A DNA stretch of 64,000 bases from a virus, in IMG/VR virus record IMGVR_UViG_3300025117_000005, positions 1-64,000 of that record. The stretch is one strand, 5' to 3'. The position numbers and the translations under genes were made by a program. A model generated the notes under the pieces. That model was not told the DNA's origin, made no database searches, and saw only the letters and a program-made list of their open reading frames with translations. Below are positions 19,901-28,961 of the stretch, one piece after another (within the stretch, counting starts at the first letter, position 1; every line of letters begins with the position of its first letter).

Positions 19901-22449
19901 TGCTTGAAAGCTTCAGCACCCATGTTCAACATAGAAGCGAGGGCTCCAGCCTGTCTTTTCTCTAATCCCTCGAAGATGTTGCCCATGTCGAAACCGGCGT
20001 CTTTTAACTTCCGCAGGATGTCGATGAGGTTGTTGCCGGGCATCCGGATATCGGACATCTTAAGTCCGACCGCAGATATTTCATCCTTAAACTTCTGTGT
20101 GGGCGCAATCAGTTGACCCAGTATCCCACGGAGGCCAGTACCGATTGTGGAGGCCCGAAGGCCAGCATTCGAAAGCACAGCGATCGATGAAGCCGTCTCT
20201 TCCAATGTCATTCCGACCTGTGAGGCAATCGCAGCCACGTAGTTAAATGAAGTCGCTAAGTCTCCGATCTCCAATTTAGAGTAGTTCAGCGCCGCCGCCA
20301 GGACGTTTCCAACCCGGGCAGCTTCCTTGGCAGAGAGGTTCCAGACATTCATAGCAGTCGTCAGAACCTTCACGGCCTCTTGTGAAGATGCCCCGGTAGC
20401 CGTCACAAGCATAGCAACCGTTCTGAGTGCTTCAGCGGATTCACGGGCTGTCAAACCAGCCTGACCGAGGATCTTTAATGCCTCAGCCGCTTCCATGAAC
20501 CCCATCTTTGTAGAGGTCGCTACATCTCTCGCGGCCTTCTCCAACACCAACATATCCGCAGCCGATGCTTCCGTAATGGCACCAACATCAATCATCGCCT
20601 GCCTGAACTCGAACATGGTCTTGACGGTCCCTACCAGGGCCTGCTGGATCTTAAAGACAGTCCCAAAGATAAGGGCTCCACCGACCAACCATGCCATTTG
20701 AGACTTCATCATGTCTTTGAAGCCAGAGCCCCACCTCTCCATGGCCCGGAGAGCGTCGCCCGTCCGTCTACTGAAAGAACCGACCTGGTACTGAACAGCC
20801 GTCAATGCTTCTGCAGCCTTCGCCATATCCTGATTCATTTTGGCCGTGGCCTGTCCCGTCATCTGGAACTCTTGACGGATGAGTTTCATCTTTTGAGCGA
20901 GAAGACCCTGCAACTTCTCCAGTTCGAGCGTTCCGATGCCGAGTTGCTTGATAGACTTCAGGTTAATCTCGACCCCGCCAGTCAACTTCTGGATTTCTGC
21001 GTTCGTCTGAGACAGGCCCTGCCGGACGGCTTTAAGTTGCACGGCCTCACCCTGAGCTGCAAGCTGTTTCAGTCTTTCCGTGAGTCCGTAGACAGCCTTG
21101 TCTAGGTTTACGATGTCATCGACTGGCAAACCCTTGGCTTTGAGGGCTTCGGCCTCCTGGATGGCTTTGGCGGTGTCTGAGATGTCCTTTCTGAGCTTGT
21201 CGAAGGGTTCAGCCATGCCACCGGCAACCCCTTGGGACCCCAAGTGCGCAATCTTGTTCGTCAGGTCAGAGATCTCCGCATTGATGGCCTTGGCGACCTC
21301 ACTCAGTCGGTTGAATTCGTCCGGGTTGAGGTAAGCCTTCAGTTGGATGGCCTGTAGTTTCTGTTGGAACTGAGAAACGGCCGCCCCGGCAATATTGATT
21401 TTTCCGATCAGATTATCCCAATCACCCCCACCCGAAGGGCCACCGATGCCGCCGCCCGCCGCGCCGACCGGACTGGCCTTGATTTTCGCGTAAGCAGCTT
21501 CTATTGCCTTAGCACTCTGCACCAATTTTTCATGACCGGAAACAGAGTCAAGGATGATATTTTTGACCGCCTCATGATCCTTCACGAGACTCTTCATCAC
21601 GTCATCGGACGCCTGATTGAGAACGTTGATATCTTTCGTCGTTCTCCATATATCTTCGAGATGCTTCTTTGCCCCGGCAAGATATTTTTCATCCGTATTG
21701 GTGAGTAACCCATGCTCCCCGAGCGTTTTGACAATCTGCTGAAATTCGGCAATCTTCGCCTTGGCCTGCACCTCTTCAGCGGTAGCCTTTGCAATTAATT
21801 CCTGCGTGGCCAGCCGAGCCCGCTCGTACGCCCCCATGTGGCCGATCAGTTCAGACATGCGCTGATACGTAGCCAGACGCTTTTGCTCGTACTGCTGAAT
21901 CGCGGAGGAAAACCCGATGTCGTAGTCCTGCCGGGATGCCTTACCCCCCTGCCCCTCGAACTCTTCAAGACCTACGGCGAATTGTCTGTCCGGGAAGTAC
22001 ATCTTCTTTGTCCGGGCAGAATATTTCGGAGTTCCCCAGTCTACAACGGGATCTTCGCCGCGTCTCAGGGTGTCGATGATCTTCGAATATTTGACAAATT
22101 CGGCTTCCAGTTTCCTCAGTTCCTTGCTGACCTGGGAACCCATTTCCTGAAATTCCGCTACACTCTTTTTCCGGACATCCTTAAATGTCCCCACCATCTT
22201 CTCTTCTACGCCGGACGTATCCAGCATCTTTGTGAGGGAAATGGCGGGGGCCGATTCGAGCATCTTATAGAAGGTGGCAACGGTGATCGATAGTGCCTTC
22301 CAACGGTTCTGCAACTGCGCGAGGGAAGGTTTAATCTTCTCGTCAAACTGCTTTACGGCGGCTTCTACGTTTTTCCCGAAGTCTGCGGAGACTTTCGATA
22401 CGAACTCAACCCCGAGTCTGTCTATCGTGGTTCCAACCGTGTCAGCCAT
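16948..22449 (-). CDS. Tape measure protein (TP901-like core)
   Basis: 1833-aa helical protein; AAEALKILGQAG, LSNAGLRASTIGTGLRGIL; C-terminal MHSGG...EMLAILQHQEYV. Confidence 0.92.
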   Translation of the reverse strand: MADTVGTTIDRLGVEFVSKVSADFGKNVEAAVKQFDEKIKPSLAQLQNRWKALSITVATFYKMLESAPAISLTKMLDTSGVEEKMVGTFKDVRKKSVAEFQEMGSQVSKELRKLEAEFVKYSKIIDTLRRGEDPVVDWGTPKYSARTKKMYFPDRQFAVGLEEFEGQGGKASRQDYDIGFSSAIQQYEQKRLATYQRMSELIGHMGAYERARLATQELIAKATAEEVQAKAKIAEFQQIVKTLGEHGLLTNTDEKYLAGAKKHLEDIWRTTKDINVLNQASDDVMKSLVKDHEAVKNIILDSVSGHEKLVQSAKAIEAAYAKIKASPVGAAGGGIGGPSGGGDWDNLIGKINIAGAAVSQFQQKLQAIQLKAYLNPDEFNRLSEVAKAINAEISDLTNKIAHLGSQGVAGGMAEPFDKLRKDISDTAKAIQEAEALKAKGLPVDDIVNLDKAVYGLTERLKQLAAQGEAVQLKAVRQGLSQTNAEIQKLTGGVEINLKSIKQLGIGTLELEKLQGLLAQKMKLIRQEFQMTGQATAKMNQDMAKAAEALTAVQYQVGSFSRRTGDALRAMERWGSGFKDMMKSQMAWLVGGALIFGTVFKIQQALVGTVKTMFEFRQAMIDVGAITEASAADMLVLEKAARDVATSTKMGFMEAAEALKILGQAGLTARESAEALRTVAMLVTATGASSQEAVKVLTTAMNVWNLSAKEAARVGNVLAAALNYSKLEIGDLATSFNYVAAIASQVGMTLEETASSIAVLSNAGLRASTIGTGLRGILGQLIAPTQKFKDEISAVGLKMSDIRMPGNNLIDILRKLKDAGFDMGNIFEGLEKRQAGALASMLNMGAEAFKQMTERITGTNAMMIMFDRSMEGPVNRLKVLANRLLDTGMTITEKALPAFNLLLEILLKLVDSIKDLAPYIALAAVLMNLTTVAKYLTIALHALGAAWAFLAANPFLLGLSVLITGWAALKAIIGDTKKELQETLKVQDRELQDLGKKIMDYEKVNALLKDGKATREEIRDAIEEVATTHKDLNEAIRQGQVEEKELGRIIEEVLAKTKKQFDDLKMTRFTTLASSLEEEQKRFDKLQKDMQVRYGEWQKNNKGNFEQFLKATGMGKAFEEQRKAVEGADEALRAMSRGMKGYTEDAIREALANAGLTRSIQDVAVGYRNLYDIITDVERKPRDKATSEELKSLRDWRKKAASELSALLMERQEAIDSLGDMSLLEGDALVKALEKRALIEQYYNTKRKEIEDKYNKDRLERAEKYAGYLAQFRQEDLKNRMQRARDEFDELIRIDEMTQIRRLEILEEYQAKRGKIEAEKDFTKTQKEDLLAELGRSLADKLAEAEDNGERDKEKVRQKRRADRLANERRFQSDLLKIQTETVNAEIALAKTEQDRLAAQDNIIDMQLTGAEAKWRDNRAKIAGDMLKQLGQAGADAKAIIAETNTLILAEDQRYVADRARIYHQGLQDISEIRKSAEADRIREIEKQVRVDLETQTRASKDMLLIKEQQYDALSEVDKKSEFGWKLKKQMDELTISLNQNTVEVLNNKIALLEMEGTSVEVQAAIAKLREQVDAANERIRKANKELRTDMEQLSGVLPGVTQGWNDFWKNMETGFEFGKQIGKEFGETVKNSMLAPLKDFLSTGKIKTWKEYLADAMRSIGSIWMKLIERMIMDWLKFEKTTSGGSSSGGLAGIFGWALKGLGSIFGGGIPKIPLTPGSPGVGPPIMAHTGGEIRAHRMHSGGLGRDEMLAILQHQEYVIRSSSARAIGKRNLDYMNQTGKVPGGGTAKVDVDIHLDDGLIAKVRPTSDEIALTVATDYRRGGATRKAIRPNG

Positions 22450-22751
22450 TAGCCTAAGATGCCCCCTGCGATTAATAAATACGCCTGGTTGTTGTCCGCG
22501 TTCAGTTGTTTCCCTTTCGGCTTATTCGGGTTACGCTCCACCTGCTCCCTCTCGCGTTCCTGGTCTTTATATTTCAGGAAACTCACATGCGAGATCAGAG
22601 TGATTTGGGCCATGCTGTAACCATCCAAAAGGGTTCTCAGTGTGATACCGTACTTCTCACAGACCGAATCAAAGACCGCTAACTCTCTGAGTTCTGGAGG
22701 GATACTGCTCCGGTTGCCGGCATCATCTTTAGAAGTTGATAAAAAAAACCC
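22449..22751 (-). CDS. Tail assembly chaperone C-terminal extension (gpT-like), expressed by -1 frameshift
   Basis: The -1 frame from the GGGTTTT slippery site is open for ~100 codons and ends TAA overlapping the tape measure ATG (TAATG); not in the ORF track. Confidence 0.8.
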   Translation of the reverse strand, partial: GFFLSTSKDDAGNRSSIPPELRELAVFDSVCEKYGITLRTLLDGYSMAQITLISHVSFLKYKDQEREREQVERNPNKPKGKQLNADNNQAYLLIAGGILG

Positions 22752-23143
22752 GACACCAGGTCTCCAATCTTGTTTTTGTTCAACTGCTTGACGAAGATAG
22801 CCAGGAGATCAGCCGCGCACAGGTTTTCTTCGATATACTCCGTGGTGACGGTGGAATCGTGTTTCTTACAGATGATATGGACAAACTCAATCAGCGCATC
22901 GGCGCAATCAGCTAATCCTTGACCGCCCATTTTCCCCAGGAAGTCCCACACTGATTCTGGTTTCCATTCAGACACTTTCTTGAGGATGGGATCGATCGCA
23001 AGCAGGATCTTTTTCTCGTAAGCAATCGGCAGGATCTGGATAGGGATTTCCTTGTCGCCCACCTTGAAGGAATCTTTGGATAGGGAAGGATCGGTTACTT
23101 CATCGATTTGGGCTTTGGTAGGCTTTTCTTGTGGTTCAGACAT
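22679..23143 (-). CDS. Tail assembly chaperone (gpG-like)
   Basis: Between tail tube and tape measure; G GGT TTT slippery heptamer near the 3' end. Confidence 0.8.
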   Translation of the reverse strand: MSEPQEKPTKAQIDEVTDPSLSKDSFKVGDKEIPIQILPIAYEKKILLAIDPILKKVSEWKPESVWDFLGKMGGQGLADCADALIEFVHIICKKHDSTVTTEYIEENLCAADLLAIFVKQLNKNKIGDLVSGFFYQLLKMMPATGAVSLQNSES

Positions 23144-23181
23144 CGTACCCTCCTTGGTGAGGATGAGGTTGTAAGGCTCTT

Positions 23182-23214
23182 AAAAACGGGGAGACGGCAT
23201 CAACCATCTCCCCG
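23182..23214 (-). terminator. Intrinsic terminator after the tail tube gene
   Basis: CGGGGAGATGG-TTGATG-CCGTCTCCCCG-TTTTT. Confidence 0.75.
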
Positions 23215-23295
23215 CTGGACTTTAAGCTGCGGCTTCGCAATGCAGCCGCGTTACCCTATCTACCCATGGTAGTAGGGGCACAGATACCTTATACC

Positions 23296-24372
23296 TTAGT
23301 CGAAGAAAAATGGGAGCTGGAGGATTACCTTCGATGTGCCGTCATTAACGACCTGCGTGGTGGACTGCACTGTGAAGGTCGCCTGTCCGTCCATCGGATT
23401 TTCGTTGTTCTTGAAGTCCGGCGCGAAAGCCCCGCCAGTCGTCACCTTCGGATACCAGATGGCAAGCTGGCGCTGAACGCTGTTGACAACGGCATCGAAG
23501 AAGACAAGAAGCGACTTCTCGTTGATGGTGCCAAGAGGGTCCAACATCTCAATGGACTTGTAGGCCGCCAAGAGATTCGGAGATGCAGGGGTGCCGGTAA
23601 ACGCTGCATTCAGGTTGAGAATGGCCCCACCGCCATCAACGGAGACAATATAGTTCCTGTCCGTCTTTGCCAACAGTGCGCTGATATTGTCAGTCACAAC
23701 AGGATGGAAGATTACCCGATCACCGGCCGCAAACCGATTCGCCTCACCCGCGCCCAAGGTGATAGTCTTGTTGGCTGAACTGTATGAAGCCACGGTGCCG
23801 ACCTTGGCAATGATAATGTCACCCGCTTCAGGTGGGACGGCCCACGTACCATCAGCGGTCACGGTCTTCGCCGATACATCGATGGACTTGATGGTTTCCT
23901 CACCGACGATGACATCACCGGAAATATCCCAGAAAGAAATCTTGTCCCCCACAACAAACTTGCTTACCTCTTTCGAGGTCGCAAAGGTTGTGACCGCATC
24001 TCCGATATTGGTCTGTGTTACGACCGTTCCCATCGACACCACGTTCGATTGGGTCATACCCATGACCTGCGCCAGGACTTCGGCATGCATTTCATGGTAC
24101 GTAAACGTGACCTGTGCCGTGCGCTCTCCTTCCCATGACAAACGGGTTGTCTTGGGCAAACCGAGCTTGAGTTCTCCGATGTTCTTGGTCACAGGCACTG
24201 CGACACCGGAAATGAGCCCGAGGTCAGTCCATCCACTCAGGGGTGAAGAGACCGCCAGGATGCTCTGCCCCGAATAGAGAATGTCTGCTGCATAGTCCCG
24301 GGCGAAGACACGGGGAGACGAGATAAAAATAAATCCTTCATGTTTGATTGGCTGCTCAAAGGAAAAGCTCAT
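23296..24372 (-). CDS. Major tail tube protein with two inserted small beta-barrel domains
   Basis: GWTDLGLISG, QVTFTYHE, IWYPKV tube-type motifs; insert with two FxxGDxI/V repeats; synteny. Confidence 0.75.
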   Translation of the reverse strand: MSFSFEQPIKHEGFIFISSPRVFARDYAADILYSGQSILAVSSPLSGWTDLGLISGVAVPVTKNIGELKLGLPKTTRLSWEGERTAQVTFTYHEMHAEVLAQVMGMTQSNVVSMGTVVTQTNIGDAVTTFATSKEVSKFVVGDKISFWDISGDVIVGEETIKSIDVSAKTVTADGTWAVPPEAGDIIIAKVGTVASYSSANKTITLGAGEANRFAAGDRVIFHPVVTDNISALLAKTDRNYIVSVDGGGAILNLNAAFTGTPASPNLLAAYKSIEMLDPLGTINEKSLLVFFDAVVNSVQRQLAIWYPKVTTGGAFAPDFKNNENPMDGQATFTVQSTTQVVNDGTSKVILQLPFFFD

Positions 24373-24477
24373 TGATATCCTCCTGTTACGTGATTTTCTA
24401 CTGGCCTCGCACCCAACTTCACGTTGCAGCTCGGATGCGATACCGCTAAATTGTTTAAGTTAAAAAGCCGATACACA

Positions 24478-24726
24478 TCATCTCCCATGATGCTTGGATT
24501 GCTGCTCTATAATCCGAGCGAATTCATGATCAGATATCTCCCGTCCAACTGGAGTGTCAGAGAAACTATCTCTCCACTCAAAAAGACGTGTTTCAAACTG
24601 CTTCCCAAAATATCCAGAACCATCAAGTTGAACCGTGAGGCTCCCCTTCGCTTTCGACATGGCCAGGGCTTTCAGCCGCTTGACAATGCACTGTAGCTGC
24701 CTGTCCAGCTCTGGATCTTCACTCAT
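24478..24726 (-). CDS. Hypothetical protein
   Basis: ATGA coupling to the upstream gene. Confidence 0.5.
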   Translation of the reverse strand: MSEDPELDRQLQCIVKRLKALAMSKAKGSLTVQLDGSGYFGKQFETRLFEWRDSFSDTPVGREISDHEFARIIEQQSKHHGR

Positions 24727-25169
24727 GAGAACACGTGTCTCGCTTCAACCTGATAGAGAAGAATGACATCCACGGCACGATGTACGAACCCTTCGGAATA
24801 TGGAAGCGCGGGCCTTACCGTCACGTCCTTAACCTCGATCGTACCGTAGTTGGCGCTGCCACTTTCGTTCGTGAACTGAAAAGTACGCTTGCCGGTCGTC
24901 GGTCTGTCTAACTTGTCAACGACCGTACTCACTAATTCCGCAATGAGGATCCCATCGGGATCATTTTTCGTTACGCAGAAGATCCGGGGAAAGCTGAACG
25001 ACATTCCCCCGATCCGGTCATCCTGAAAAGACACGACCAAAAACTTGTCCGAGGTGATCTCTTTCGGACGTAATACAGGATTGTAGTATTGTGGAATGGT
25101 CGGAAACTGAGCATACAGATACCTTCTGAACGACCAAAACATATTCAAAAAGGTCTTGGAGTTTGCCAT
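24723..25169 (-). CDS. Putative tail terminator protein
   Basis: Size and position before the tail tube gene. Confidence 0.5.
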   Translation of the reverse strand: MANSKTFLNMFWSFRRYLYAQFPTIPQYYNPVLRPKEITSDKFLVVSFQDDRIGGMSFSFPRIFCVTKNDPDGILIAELVSTVVDKLDRPTTGKRTFQFTNESGSANYGTIEVKDVTVRPALPYSEGFVHRAVDVILLYQVEARHVFS

Positions 25170-25711
25170 TAATTCCCCAACCCACTCACAGCCGACCGAA
25201 CAGCCTTCTTGAAAGCGTCCATCATGCGCTGCTTCTCGAAGGAGTTGAATGCCATTTCCCGTCCACCTGGACCAAACAAGGGACGGCCAGGATTCGGAAT
25301 GCCACCGGATACCGCCGTCGCTCCAAACTCGTTACGGACCGCTTTCAGCATGACGTCCGGGCTCACCCCTTTTAAACCAACAAAGATCTTCAACCCGTCC
25401 GGCATGGTTTCAACCCCATGAATTTTCACGGCCCCTTTGATTTCCCCTGTGGCTTCCCATATCTCTTCTACCCAACCCTCTTCTCTCTTCTCTTCGAGCC
25501 ACACAGGGCTTAGGGGTTGCCAGTACACATCAGCAAAGACCATCCCGCCAGTGTGCTCACCCATGCGGGAGATAATTATTTCGTAATACTGCTCACCAAC
25601 CGCCTGAAGCGCCTTACCCGAATGCGAGACAAGGCCAGCCTTCAACTGCGCCATCTTTCCTTGAAACTTCTGCAACGCATTGGGTTCAAGTCTTGCGCTG
25701 AATTCGATCAT
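25169..25711 (-). CDS. Putative neck/tail-completion protein (virion morphogenesis family)
   Basis: Start re-placed at ATGA overlap; WQPLSPVW, TGEI, NEFGA...IP..GRPLF motifs. Confidence 0.6.
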   Translation of the reverse strand: MIEFSARLEPNALQKFQGKMAQLKAGLVSHSGKALQAVGEQYYEIIISRMGEHTGGMVFADVYWQPLSPVWLEEKREEGWVEEIWEATGEIKGAVKIHGVETMPDGLKIFVGLKGVSPDVMLKAVRNEFGATAVSGGIPNPGRPLFGPGGREMAFNSFEKQRMMDAFKKAVRSAVSGLGN

Positions 25712-26319
25712 ACCCGTTTGTCCCCTGAACACAGGGCCTGATAGCACCCCGGATAGAGGGTCTTGTCAAGCGAATCGATCTGTAGATTTTTACCGTCAGG
25801 CATCGTGATCCGGTCGCCATCCTTGGGAACGTAGGCCCCCAATCTCCGGGCCGAGAAAATCACACGCACCTTATCGAAAGAGAGCTCTCCCGCAGGGGTC
25901 AGTGAGTCACCCTGTGAGAGATAGGAAATGTTCATGTAGTCATTGAACTTCACTGTCGGAGTGAAGGTTCTCTTACCAGATCCCGTCGTAACAGTCTCGA
26001 CCAACTGATAATAGGTACACTGGTAATTGCACTTATACGCTAGCGCCTGCTGCCCAATCTTGACCGTCCCGTCGTCCAGGAAGTTGCAAGTCGCAACCAA
26101 GAAATACTCCCCGGTCAGTGTTACCTGAAAAATATCACCGTCCACAACCTGAGAATTCCAGATGAAGTATGCGTCTCTAGCAAACTCTTTCCGGAAAGGA
26201 TCGGTTGATTTGCTCGGAACGACAAAGGCCCTCTCCGAGATATTTCCCGCATCACGCTGAATAGATACGGCGCTGCCGTACTTCTCAATGTTGACGGTTA
26301 ATTCGCTCTGGAAACTCAT
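25708..26319 (-). CDS. Putative head-closure protein
   Basis: Beta-rich, two GDxF/I repeats; synteny after the adaptor. Confidence 0.5.
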   Translation of the reverse strand: MSFQSELTVNIEKYGSAVSIQRDAGNISERAFVVPSKSTDPFRKEFARDAYFIWNSQVVDGDIFQVTLTGEYFLVATCNFLDDGTVKIGQQALAYKCNYQCTYYQLVETVTTGSGKRTFTPTVKFNDYMNISYLSQGDSLTPAGELSFDKVRVIFSARRLGAYVPKDGDRITMPDGKNLQIDSLDKTLYPGCYQALCSGDKRV

Positions 26320-26777
26320 GGAAACAATTCCTCATCCAACTCCGACAGGTCAGTAAACATCGGTGTTGGCGGGGAAGATATCACAACAATATTGAGATCC
26401 GGGATTACCCCGGATTTCGCCAGGTTCATGTTCGCGTAGCAGAAAGAAAGATTGCCTTTCTCTTCCTGCTCCCAATCTATCTGTTGCAGTTCGCGGGTAA
26501 AGACACCACCCGCGATACTCACCCGTTTGGCCTGGGTCTTTGCTAGAACCTTGCAGACCTTGGCCGCAATATGGAAGATAGCTGCCCTGTTGAAGTAGGC
26601 AGGCTTTGTTGGTTGCAGTACAGCCCAATCCGTGATTTTGCTCTTCACGAAGTCTTCGGAATCCACGGCGTAAAGGTCATCGGCCAAGAGGGCATCGGGA
26701 ATGTCCGTAGAGGACACATTTCCACATGCACGCCGGACTGAGGCCTCCCAGCCGGCCAACAGGAATGAGTAGGCCAT
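26316..26777 (-). CDS. Putative head-tail adaptor
   Basis: Helical; VR...G.....DIPD..L; position after the capsid genes. Confidence 0.55.
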   Translation of the reverse strand: MAYSFLLAGWEASVRRACGNVSSTDIPDALLADDLYAVDSEDFVKSKITDWAVLQPTKPAYFNRAAIFHIAAKVCKVLAKTQAKRVSIAGGVFTRELQQIDWEQEEKGNLSFCYANMNLAKSGVIPDLNIVVISSPPTPMFTDLSELDEELFP

Positions 26778-26780
26778 AAC

Positions 26781-26990
26781 TTACACGTCCATCCATATAT
26801 GCCCTGTAGCAGAGCAATCCTTGAGAAAGTTAAAGAGTGTCATGACAACCTCAGCATCCACTTGCCTTGCAAATCTAAGAGCAAGATTCGCATCCCGAGT
26901 CCATTCCCACTCTGCAGACAGAAGGTTCCCCATTAACCATTCGGGACCCGCTGGAGTATCATGCTCAATAAGCCAGGCAACTTCTGTCAT
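26781..26990 (-). CDS. Hypothetical protein
   Basis: AWLIE...W...WT.DAN.ALRFAR..DAE motif of small phage proteins; TAATG coupling. Confidence 0.55.
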   Translation of the reverse strand: MTEVAWLIEHDTPAGPEWLMGNLLSAEWEWTRDANLALRFARQVDAEVVMTLFNFLKDCSATGHIWMDV

Positions 26991-27664
26991 TAGATGCTCA
27001 AGGGTGTTGCTTCAAAATCTCTCTCTTCGTAGTTGACAGAGAGATACCCCGCAGTCATTGCGGCAGAGTTCACCAACTTGATCGTTGCCTGTTCTCCGGC
27101 ATCGATTGTGATCTTGTCGAACTTGTCCTGAGCTTCGACGGTTGTAGCCCCGCCGTCTTCTTGCCACACCAGCGTATCGCCGTTGTAAATCTTGAGCGCG
27201 GACGTTCCGCTACCATAAGTTGACTTACTCACGATGCCGGTGAGGTTGACCCGTTTGCCGGTGGCGACCGCAGGCAACACGACCTTGATCTGAAGGTGGG
27301 CATCCTGGACGAATACAACCGGGGCGGTTTTTACATCGGCGGCACCCACGACTGTCAGGCTTGCAGATGCTTCCGTACCGTCAAACTGATCCCCAAGCGT
27401 GCATTCCCAGTCAGCCAGGCCATTGATGTGGGCCACCAATTCGGCCAGGGTATTGTAGGCAGCCGCCGTCAGGTCGATATCCGCAACTACCGTCAGCGCC
27501 GGTGCAGCAAGTTCCAGGGAGTTGGCCTTTACCTCAGCCGTGCCTGTATCCTCTTCACCTACATAGAGGATACTAATGGCGTTTTTGTTCCATGTCTGAT
27601 GTACGGCCTTGTGCTCTTTGCGAAGGTCGAAAACTGATTCGTTAACGAGATTTTCATTTTTCAT
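26990..27664 (-). CDS. Putative capsid decoration protein carrying one copy of the domain nested in 1834..5445
   Basis: Directly downstream of the capsid gene; aa ~29-121 align with the core of the 1203-aa protein. Confidence 0.6.
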   Translation of the reverse strand: MKNENLVNESVFDLRKEHKAVHQTWNKNAISILYVGEEDTGTAEVKANSLELAAPALTVVADIDLTAAAYNTLAELVAHINGLADWECTLGDQFDGTEASASLTVVGAADVKTAPVVFVQDAHLQIKVVLPAVATGKRVNLTGIVSKSTYGSGTSALKIYNGDTLVWQEDGGATTVEAQDKFDKITIDAGEQATIKLVNSAAMTAGYLSVNYEERDFEATPLSI

Positions 27665-27737
27665 GACGATTCACCCCTACCTATGTCAAGCGGGGGATGA
27701 GTATAACGTGACCCCATCCCCCTTCGCGGATTGTTGT

Positions 27738-28865
27738 CTATGCGTCTGTGTTTAAACGCTTCCTCGCGGACGCAAAAAGTATCTGAAAACCGACGGTGTT
27801 ACTCATAACTATTTCTGTGAACTGTCCATTGATAATACGATCTGTTTCCGTCAGGTCCGTCCCAATTTCACGATATCCGATCATGCCATACCGCCTATCA
27901 AGGCCCACAAGGTCGTTGGCGGGAATATCGGCATGCTCGACGTACCGGATATTCGGAGCGGCCTTTACGTTCACAAGAGTAGGAGCACCAGGAAGACCGG
28001 CTGTCCTGACGTTGTTGTTGAACCACAGTGGCAGGGCCGTGGGACTGGCGACCAGCCATGCCTCCATCACGTCGGCACTATTTGAAATGATCGTGGTGCA
28101 TTGGCCGGGATAGAATGTGGCAAGCCATGTCAGATATCCTGGGAGAGTCATATCGGAAGTTCCGGTAGGAGCCCCGCCCTGATGCGTGGAAAGGTTGCTC
28201 TGCGCAATGGCGGCACCATTGGCATGACCAGAGCCATCACCACTCAGGAGCACGCTAATCGCCAGAGAAATCTCGTCCATCCTTCTCTGAAGCATGATAC
28301 GCCCAATCAGGATCTGGATAAGGGGCATGGTCGCCCTTCTTACGAAGTCGTAAGACATCTTGATCCGTACACCGAATTTCTTGAGCGTGGTCGTTTTCTC
28401 GGACCAATTGATAGTCGTGGTCGGGAACTCGCCCATCTCACCAACCCTAGAAGTCTGTCGGTCCGCTTCCGTATCGTCGATGTAGATAGCCCGGAGAATG
28501 GCACTGTCATTGATCGTCTCCATGCTGGCAACGAGCTCGGGTAGGATATCCGTTTCATCCATCAATGCTATCCGCGCCATACGGTTCAGAACCTCCGGGA
28601 AAAGGATAGCCGATGCAGGATGATTGGACTGAAAAAACAGGGCACCAGTAGATGCGGGGATGCCGGACTTTGGATCCTGGTGAAGCCGGATATTGAATCG
28701 TGCCAACTGTCTCTCGAAGGCATCCAGGCCGGTATTGTCACCAGGTTCCGTGGGAGACATAAGTTCCAAAAGCTGCGAAAACGATACCCCCATGTCAATG
28801 GCCTGCTCATAGAGCTTCCGTGACAGCGGGACATCTTTGGTTCCATATTTGACGATTTCAATCAT
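27738..28865 (-). CDS. Major capsid protein (HK97 fold)
   Basis: AGGAGG SD before MIEIVKY; RVGEMGEFP, LKKFGVRIKMSYD, ETDRIINGQF; synteny. Confidence 0.88.
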   Translation of the reverse strand: MIEIVKYGTKDVPLSRKLYEQAIDMGVSFSQLLELMSPTEPGDNTGLDAFERQLARFNIRLHQDPKSGIPASTGALFFQSNHPASAILFPEVLNRMARIALMDETDILPELVASMETINDSAILRAIYIDDTEADRQTSRVGEMGEFPTTTINWSEKTTTLKKFGVRIKMSYDFVRRATMPLIQILIGRIMLQRRMDEISLAISVLLSGDGSGHANGAAIAQSNLSTHQGGAPTGTSDMTLPGYLTWLATFYPGQCTTIISNSADVMEAWLVASPTALPLWFNNNVRTAGLPGAPTLVNVKAAPNIRYVEHADIPANDLVGLDRRYGMIGYREIGTDLTETDRIINGQFTEIVMSNTVGFQILFASARKRLNTDA

Positions 28866-28901
28866 TGAAAATTCCTCCTGTCGAAGAATGATTTTTTCAA
28901 C

Positions 28902-28927
28902 AAAAAAGGCCACCCGAAAGCAGCCTT
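28902..28927 (-). terminator. Terminator-like hairpin upstream of the capsid gene
   Basis: AAGGCTGCT-TTCG-GGTGGCCTT-TTTT. Confidence 0.6.
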
Positions 28928-28961
28928 GATTTCAAACACGATCTTGTGAATCTCGTTTTTG

